In this document: in pieces, positions 57,927 to 64,000 of the stretch | Position numbering within the stretch: the stretch's first letter is position 1 | How the letters are laid out: every line of letters begins with the position of its first letter | Source: a bacterium | GTDB lineage: Bacteria > Zhuqueibacterota > Zhuqueibacteria > Residuimicrobiales > Krinioviventaceae | Length of the DNA stretch: 64,000 nt | NCBI GenBank assembly: GCA_963693055.1 | Contig: OY843751.1 | Span: 4,480,001-4,544,000 of the forward strand | Reading direction: 5' to 3' | Position numbers and translations under genes: made by a program | Notes under the pieces: generated by a model | What the model was told of the DNA's origin: nothing | Databases searched by the model: none | What the model saw: only the letters and a program-made list of their open reading frames with translations

Positions 57927-58568
57927 CTATTTTGTAAAAAAATTGCCTATCTGGCGCGCCGGGTTACCAAACATAAACACACCTTCGGCAACATCTTTGG
58001 CTATCACTGCACCCGCACCAACCGTACTTTGATTGCCCACCTTGGCCAAGGGAGTTATAGTTGCACCAACACCTACCAAACATCCGCTGCCCAATTGAAC
58101 ACCACCACTGAGCACAGCCCCGCCGCCAACATGACAATAATCTCCCATTTTCACACCATGGCCAATAATACTGGCATTGTTTACAATACAATGGCGTCCT
58201 ACATGGGCTTCCGATTCTATAATTGCATAAGGCATTATAGCCGTACCTTCTTCAATGCTGGAATATTTTCCCAATATTGCCGTAGGATGAATGAATGTTG
58301 GAAAATGAAATTCTTTATACTTATCAGCTATCCGTTTCCTGACGTTACAATCTCCAATAGCTATAAACATATTATTCACTTTAAGGTTTTTATTCTGGTT
58401 CTCAAAACCATCTTCTGAATAAACATTCGCATGCTTGTAAAAAAAACTACCTGCTTTTCGTGGGTCATCATCAATAAAGCCAATTATTTCATACTCTCTT
58501 AAAGAAATGATCAAATCAGCAATTACTGTCGAGTGCCCACCCGTACCATACACCCAAATTTTTTCCAT
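57927..58568 (-). CDS. NeuD/PglD-family sugar acetyltransferase
   Basis: GTGGH, GFIDD, AIGD..R, IHPTA, hexapeptide repeats, GNPAR. Confidence 0.9.
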   Translation of the reverse strand: MEKIWVYGTGGHSTVIADLIISLREYEIIGFIDDDPRKAGSFFYKHANVYSEDGFENQNKNLKVNNMFIAIGDCNVRKRIADKYKEFHFPTFIHPTAILGKYSSIEEGTAIMPYAIIESEAHVGRHCIVNNASIIGHGVKMGDYCHVGGGAVLSGGVQLGSGCLVGVGATITPLAKVGNQSTVGAGAVIAKDVAEGVFMFGNPARQIGNFFTK

Positions 58569-58616
58569 TAGTATTCCAAAACTGTTTTAAATTGAAAATT
58601 TCAAATCTTTTACAGT

Positions 58617-59798
58617 TTATTTCAATGACCGTAATAGTATTGAACAAACAAATTCTATATCAGATTCCTGAATATTTGTATAAAAAGGTAAAGCTATTGT
58701 ACGGTCTGAAACAAATTCTGTAACAGGAAAGTCTCCCGGCTTGTAACCAAACATATCCATATAAAAAGGTTGAAGATGAATTGGGGGAAAGTAATTATTG
58801 CACCCTATGCCATTATCTAATAAACTTTTCATTACGTTGCTTCGATCGTCCTGACTATACGAGCTGTCAAGTTGTATTACATATACAAACCAGCTCATAT
58901 CTATATTATCTGAAAGATAAGGGACTCTCACTCCTTTAATATCTGCAAGGTATTTATTATACAACAGAGCCGCATTGTTACGTTTTTCCAGTATTTCATC
59001 AAGTCTTTCCACCTGAGCAATGCCTAATGCACAGTTGATATCGCTCAAGCGATAATTATAACCCAACCTGACATGCGCAAGCCATTTTCCATCTCCGCCG
59101 CGTCCCTGGTTTCGCATACTTTTGCACAACTCTGCAACATTTTCATCATCCGTTACAATCACGCCGCCTTCACCGGTTGTAATCTGTTTATTGGGATAAA
59201 AGGCAAAAACACCCGCGTTTCCCATAGTACCTGCGTTTGCCCATTGCCCTTTTGTGTAATTATCCGATACCGTTTCTTTGAATTGGTATCTGGCACCAAT
59301 AGCCTCGCAGGAATCTTCAATCACTTTTAGATTATATTCATCGGCAAGTTTCAGAATAGCATCCATATCACAGGGTTGGCCAAATACATGTACAGGTAAA
59401 ATACCCTTAATTTTATCACCTCTACCTTGCGAGTGAGCAAGTTCTAAAGTTTCTCGCACCTTGTCAACATCCAGGTTGTACGTTTGGGGATCAATATCAA
59501 CAAAAATTGGCCTGACATCTTCGTATAACAAACAATTGGATGAAGCAACAAAACTAAATGGAGACGTTATAACTTCATCTCCCGGATTAAATCCCAATGC
59601 TTTAACCAGCAAATGCAAGCCGCTTGTACCGCTGTTGACCGCAACTGCATATTTACTGCCTACAAAATCGGCAACTTTTTCTTCAAATTCTGGTAATTTC
59701 GGTCCTAAACTCAGATTACGGGTATTTAAAACATCTGTTACATACTGAATTTCTTTTTCGGTAATATCAGGACCAGAAAGGTTCACCTTTATATTCAT
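58617..59798 (-). CDS. DegT/DnrJ/EryC1/StrS aminotransferase
   Basis: VNSGTSGLH, IEDSCEAIG, AFYPNKQITTGEGG, GYNYRL. Confidence 0.93.
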   Translation of the reverse strand: MNIKVNLSGPDITEKEIQYVTDVLNTRNLSLGPKLPEFEEKVADFVGSKYAVAVNSGTSGLHLLVKALGFNPGDEVITSPFSFVASSNCLLYEDVRPIFVDIDPQTYNLDVDKVRETLELAHSQGRGDKIKGILPVHVFGQPCDMDAILKLADEYNLKVIEDSCEAIGARYQFKETVSDNYTKGQWANAGTMGNAGVFAFYPNKQITTGEGGVIVTDDENVAELCKSMRNQGRGGDGKWLAHVRLGYNYRLSDINCALGIAQVERLDEILEKRNNAALLYNKYLADIKGVRVPYLSDNIDMSWFVYVIQLDSSYSQDDRSNVMKSLLDNGIGCNNYFPPIHLQPFYMDMFGYKPGDFPVTEFVSDRTIALPFYTNIQESDIEFVCSILLRSLK

Positions 59799-60436
59799 TG
59801 TTCATCCTTTACGTTAGATTGTTTTTGGATCTCAAAATCATCATTCACGCCATCTTCTCCGTACAGTCCTTCACGTAACAAGGCAACCTTGAACGTTTTG
59901 AAAAATATCTTTAGATCCAAAAGTAAAGAATAATTTTCAACATACCAAATATCCAGATCAATACGTTTTGCCCACGGCAACGAGTTACGACCGTTCACCT
60001 GTGCCCAACCGGTTACGCCGGGGCGCATATTCAGGCGTTTACGATGATAGTCAGTATATCTCTCTACCTGACGTTTAATTGTAGGCCGTGGACCAATAAC
60101 GCTCATATCTCCAATTAAAATATTGATCAATTGCGGCAATTCATCAATACTCCAGTTACGAATAAAATGCCCGAATCCCGTAATTCGGCTATCATTTTGC
60201 GTCAATTGTTGACCATTTGCCATTTTTTCAGCATTATTTACCATGCTGCGGAATTTGTAAATCACAAATAATTTTCCATCTTTGCCAATTCGTTCCTGCT
60301 TAAAGAATATGGGGCCGGGGCTCTCTAATCTTATAATAATAGCAACAATCAATAACAGCGGACTCAGAATTAATAAAAGTATGGCAGAAAACAGAAAATC
60401 AAACAGATGCTTTATAAAGATACTCACGCTACGCAT
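59795..60436 (-). CDS. Initiating phosphoglycosyl transferase (PglC/WecP-like bacterial sugar transferase)
   Basis: KFRSM, SIDELPQLINILIGDMSVIGPRP, RPGVTGWAQVNGRN. Confidence 0.93.
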   Translation of the reverse strand: MRSVSIFIKHLFDFLFSAILLLILSPLLLIVAIIIRLESPGPIFFKQERIGKDGKLFVIYKFRSMVNNAEKMANGQQLTQNDSRITGFGHFIRNWSIDELPQLINILIGDMSVIGPRPTIKRQVERYTDYHRKRLNMRPGVTGWAQVNGRNSLPWAKRIDLDIWYVENYSLLLDLKIFFKTFKVALLREGLYGEDGVNDDFEIQKQSNVKDEQ

Positions 60437-60451
60437 TACTTGTTCAAACTC

Positions 60452-61984
60452 CTATGATAATTTTGTTTTTAAAATCTTGCCTGATTCATTTTTAGGCAAT
60501 TCTTTAACAAATTCTATAACCTTGGGCAACTTGTATGCCGGCAGTTTTTGCCGTAAATATTCTATGATTGCCTTTTCATCCGTATCAGATGATGACAGCG
60601 GCACAATAAAAGCTTTTATCGCTTCGCCCATAATCTCATCTTTAATTCCAATAACAGCGGTTTCGTGTACCGCATCTATTTCCAGCAACTTTTCTTCAAC
60701 TTCTTTAGCGCTAACCCGTTCTCCACCAACCTTGATCATATCTTTTTTACGCCCCACTACAAAAAGATAGCCATCCTCATCCATCACACCAATATCACCG
60801 GTGTAATATACACCATTTCGAAGCACTTTTTCAGTCTCAATAGGATCATTCCAATAGCCCACCATTAAATTTGAACCTTTGGCAACAATCTCACCTTCAT
60901 TACCTTGCGGTAATTCAACACCATTATCGTCGGCTATAAACAGATCTACATTAGGAATACCCTTTCCGATAGATCCAAACTTTTTGGGCAGCATTTCGGG
61001 TTCCAGATAAGACAAACGTGCCGAAGCTTCGGTCGCACCATACATGATAAATACACGAGCACTTGAAAAGACCTGGCTAACTTCTTTTTGTACAGATGGT
61101 GCCATAGCTCCACCCGCTTGAGTAATATAGCGAAGTGTTGGAAATTCATAATCCCTGATACTTGAACGGTTTAAAAGGATGATAAAAGTAGAAGGTACTC
61201 CGGAAAATCCGGTTACACCTGTCTTTTCCATATTCTTTAAAACAACATTGGGATAAGCAAAAGCATTATCAATAACAACTGAACCACCCGCGTAAAAATG
61301 AGTATTCAGCAAAGATTTTCCGTAAATATAATAAAAAGGCAAAACAACCATTACCCGATCTTTTCCGGTAATTTCAAGATATGAAACAATTGAACGTGTA
61401 TTACTGACAATATTTAAATGGGTAAGAGTTACTCCTTTGGGCTTGCCGGTACTCCCGGATGTATAGACAATCGAAGCAAGATCAAGATCAATGCCACGAA
61501 CATTAGGGGGCTGTTCACTGCCATTATCAAGCACCTCGGAATAGGATACTGGATTGCAGTGCCCAATTGCCTGATATTCAGACAGATCATCCTGTTGAAT
61601 GACAACATGCCTGAGATTGGGTACTTTTTTCAATGCGGGAACAAGGTCTTTGGAGAAAGATGCGTTGGTAATAATTGCAACAGCACCGGAATCATTCAAC
61701 AGGTACTCTAGAGCATCAGCAGTGGTTGCTGTATTCAAGGCCACGGTAACAGCACCTACCTTTAAAACAGCATAATAAGCAATAATGTAGTGAAATGAAT
61801 TCTCGTAAAGAATAGCAACACGATCACCACGAAGCACATGTTGTTCTTTGAGATAATTTGCAAGCTTGTTAGACAAAAGGTCCAACTCTCCAAAAGTCAT
61901 CCATTCATCTTTATACCAGACAGCCTGCTTGTCTGGTGTTTTTTGAGCTGAATTTTCTAAAAAATTTTGTACCTGCACAACCAT
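60452..61984 (-). CDS. AMP-forming acyl-CoA ligase / adenylation enzyme
   Basis: YTSGSTGKPKG, MYGATEA, YTGD, GRKKDMIK, SGKI. Confidence 0.9.
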   Translation of the reverse strand: MVVQVQNFLENSAQKTPDKQAVWYKDEWMTFGELDLLSNKLANYLKEQHVLRGDRVAILYENSFHYIIAYYAVLKVGAVTVALNTATTADALEYLLNDSGAVAIITNASFSKDLVPALKKVPNLRHVVIQQDDLSEYQAIGHCNPVSYSEVLDNGSEQPPNVRGIDLDLASIVYTSGSTGKPKGVTLTHLNIVSNTRSIVSYLEITGKDRVMVVLPFYYIYGKSLLNTHFYAGGSVVIDNAFAYPNVVLKNMEKTGVTGFSGVPSTFIILLNRSSIRDYEFPTLRYITQAGGAMAPSVQKEVSQVFSSARVFIMYGATEASARLSYLEPEMLPKKFGSIGKGIPNVDLFIADDNGVELPQGNEGEIVAKGSNLMVGYWNDPIETEKVLRNGVYYTGDIGVMDEDGYLFVVGRKKDMIKVGGERVSAKEVEEKLLEIDAVHETAVIGIKDEIMGEAIKAFIVPLSSSDTDEKAIIEYLRQKLPAYKLPKVIEFVKELPKNESGKILKTKLS

Positions 61985-61998
61985 TACCTCCCTTAATT

Positions 61999-62943
61999 TT
62001 AAATAGCCATTAATGGTTCCATACGCAGATATTCAGTCCTTTTGATTTTCTGATCAATATCCTCAACAACTCTTGCTGCCTGTTCCACTGAAATGGACAT
62101 TTTATCTGCAATTTGTTGGGTTGTAGCACCATTTTCATGCATTTCCCAAATTGCATCCATAACATCAAATGAGAGTTTAAAGAAAAATTCCTTTTGCGTA
62201 ACTTCACCGGGATATGTGTCGGTTGTAGGTGTACGATCAATAATATCTTTGGGTACGCCAATTGCTTTTGCAACCTCGTATACCTGAGTTTTGAACAAAT
62301 GAATGATTGGTTTTAAATCAGTGCCACCATCACCATATTTTACAAAGAACCCCAATTCGTGTTCATTTTTGTTTCCTGTTCCGGCAACTGCATAATTACG
62401 CAATTCAGCGTGATAGTACAAGGTTGTCATTCTAAGACGCTGTTTCATATTAGAAGCAGCAACAATTTGCATATACTCTTTTAATGGTAAACGTTTTTCA
62501 ATTTCGTTGCCTGCATTATCAGTAATTGCTCCATAAAACAGATTGAGCATATTATCTTTTAACGGATCACCTTTAAGGATGATTTTAAAATTCATGCCCG
62601 GTTCATAATCCGGGAAAACCCGTTTTACAGCTTCATCGCGACGTTCATAGCAGCCCATGCCGTTCAAGCCACCAGTTATATCTTCAACAACAAATTCAAT
62701 ACCCAACTGTTTGGCAAGATTTTCTGCCAGTTCCCGGCTTTCGGGACTGGAATCTTTTTCAGGCAATGCCAGGCCGGTTACCCTTTCTTTACCCAATGCT
62801 TTAACACACAATGCAGCTACCACGGATGAATCAATACCACCACTGATACCCACAACAGCACCTCTTTTTTTCAAATCTTGCGAAATTACATTGCGAATTC
62901 CGGTAGTAATTGTTTCTATTGCTTTATTTTCATCGAACTTCAT
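61999..62943 (-). CDS. nadE: NadE-like NH3-dependent NAD+ synthetase family amide ligase
   Basis: GISGGIDSSV, NMKQRLRM, GTGNKNE..GFFVKYGDG, KTQVY. Confidence 0.8.
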   Translation of the reverse strand: MKFDENKAIETITTGIRNVISQDLKKRGAVVGISGGIDSSVVAALCVKALGKERVTGLALPEKDSSPESRELAENLAKQLGIEFVVEDITGGLNGMGCYERRDEAVKRVFPDYEPGMNFKIILKGDPLKDNMLNLFYGAITDNAGNEIEKRLPLKEYMQIVAASNMKQRLRMTTLYYHAELRNYAVAGTGNKNEHELGFFVKYGDGGTDLKPIIHLFKTQVYEVAKAIGVPKDIIDRTPTTDTYPGEVTQKEFFFKLSFDVMDAIWEMHENGATTQQIADKMSISVEQAARVVEDIDQKIKRTEYLRMEPLMAI

Positions 62944-62956
62944 AATTATCCTCTCT

Positions 62957-64000
62957 TTATTTCCTGGATCGGTAATCGAAAACCCGACACTCCTGATCTT
63001 GTACAGTAGGTTTATTATTTATAAAATGTTCTTTCAACATTTCTGTTGTAATAATTGCCATCAGCGCCATTTCTTCTCGCGCGGAAACATTTGCGTTTGG
63101 GAGAAACAATCTCTTTTTCAAAATCGAAATTTTATCTGCATCAAAAACCATAGAATTGCGGATGCGTGATTCATCTAACCATGTATCAACAAATTTAGGG
63201 TCAGCGAGCAGGGTATTTCTGACCGGGGCCCTATAAGGCTGTTTTGGTCTGCTAATTACCGGGTCCGGCAATAGATGTTTAAATGTATGTTTTAAAATCC
63301 ATTTTTCATTCAGCACCTTTAATTTCAACTCGGGTGCAAGACGATTTGCAAAATCAATTACTCGCTTATCGAGAAACGGATACCTGCCTTCAACACTGTT
63401 CCCCATTGTCATACGGTCACCTTGCGAGCTCAACAAATATCCACTAAGAAATATTTTTGCTTCAAGAAAATGCGCACGCTCAAGGGGATTTAATCCATCC
63501 AGTAATCCGTCTACTCTGGCTTCCAACTCTGTAACCGGATTATACCCCTTTGTTTCACCCAAAACATCCTGAGTTAAAAATCCGGCAAGATAATCACCGT
63601 TATTCCAACGCAAACGATGCGAATAAAACAGATCAGATGTATTTGCTACATCTTTTTGAAAAAACTGGATCCAGTAATTCAATGTACGCGGATTTGTAGT
63701 TATATATGGATACAATTTTTCATACAACCGCGGACGCCAGGTAGAGCCTGGCATTTTGGCGTTAAACCATCGAACTTTAGTTTCGCGATAGATATTGTAA
63801 CCACTAAAAAACTCGTCAGCGCCTTCACCGGTTAAAACAACTTTGAAATCTGATTCCCGCACAAACTTTGACAGCAAAAACAGAGGTACCGGCGCGGTTC
63901 GCAAAACAGGCTTTTCTGTATGCCATATAACTTTATGCAAATTTTCGCAAACCATCTCATTATTGCTTACAAAAGCAGAATGATCGGTTTCGAGATGTTT
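62957..64000 (-). CDS. asnB: Asparagine synthase-family amidotransferase, 5'-truncated by the window edge
   Basis: VVLTGEGADEFFSGY, GDRMTMGNSVEGRYPFLD, RPKQPY; the frame is open to base 64000. Confidence 0.9.
   Translation of the reverse strand, partial: KHLETDHSAFVSNNEMVCENLHKVIWHTEKPVLRTAPVPLFLLSKFVRESDFKVVLTGEGADEFFSGYNIYRETKVRWFNAKMPGSTWRPRLYEKLYPYITTNPRTLNYWIQFFQKDVANTSDLFYSHRLRWNNGDYLAGFLTQDVLGETKGYNPVTELEARVDGLLDGLNPLERAHFLEAKIFLSGYLLSSQGDRMTMGNSVEGRYPFLDKRVIDFANRLAPELKLKVLNEKWILKHTFKHLLPDPVISRPKQPYRAPVRNTLLADPKFVDTWLDESRIRNSMVFDADKISILKKRLFLPNANVSAREEMALMAIITTEMLKEHFINNKPTVQDQECRVFDYRSRK

Noticed and set aside
1-64000. Mobile elements, prophage, defence systems, rRNA or tRNA
   Set aside because: No transposase, integrase, phage, cas or reverse-transcriptase motifs and no RNA-gene signatures recognised by eye; a tRNAscan/Rfam/DefenseFinder run would be needed to exclude them fully.

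Overview
A 64 kb bacterial chromosomal window, AT-rich by eye. FlgD-Ig/T9SS-type C-terminal domains, LPVEL Ig motifs, E. coli-type sigma70 promoters and SD sites suggest a KSB1/Calditrichota-like FCB lineage (inference). I saw no rRNA, tRNA, CRISPR array or transposase. 1-14.8 kb: periplasmic glycan-processing and envelope genes (PqaA-like protein, sulfatase, deacetylase, U32, PPIase, GH74-like, TIM-barrel isomerase, beta-propeller, a frameshifted DUF3857 transglutaminase, redoxin, dodecin). 14.8-26 kb: citrate synthase, aceE-aceF-lpdA and a gammaproteobacterial-type topA. 26-32 kb: signalling cluster (receiver, OmpA-family protein, receiver, hybrid Hpt kinase, HDOD). It contains an unannotated ~165-nt structured RNA with two covarying C-loop hairpins, its own promoter, NarL/LuxR-type boxes and a terminator. 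32.7-41.8 kb: secreted module of two divergent heparinase II/III-like enzymes lacking the CTD, each next to a paralogous 338-aa 'novel domain + Ig + CTD' protein; three of the four genes have sigma54-like promoters. 42-64 kb: Wzx/Wzy polysaccharide locus unusually rich in adenylating and amide-forming enzymes (AsnB, NadE-like, acyl-CoA ligase, two CapK-like, two GNAT/FemAB-like), plus a Tat+CTD DUF362 protein. The best candidates for an undescribed system are the C-loop sRNA and the enzyme/adaptor module.
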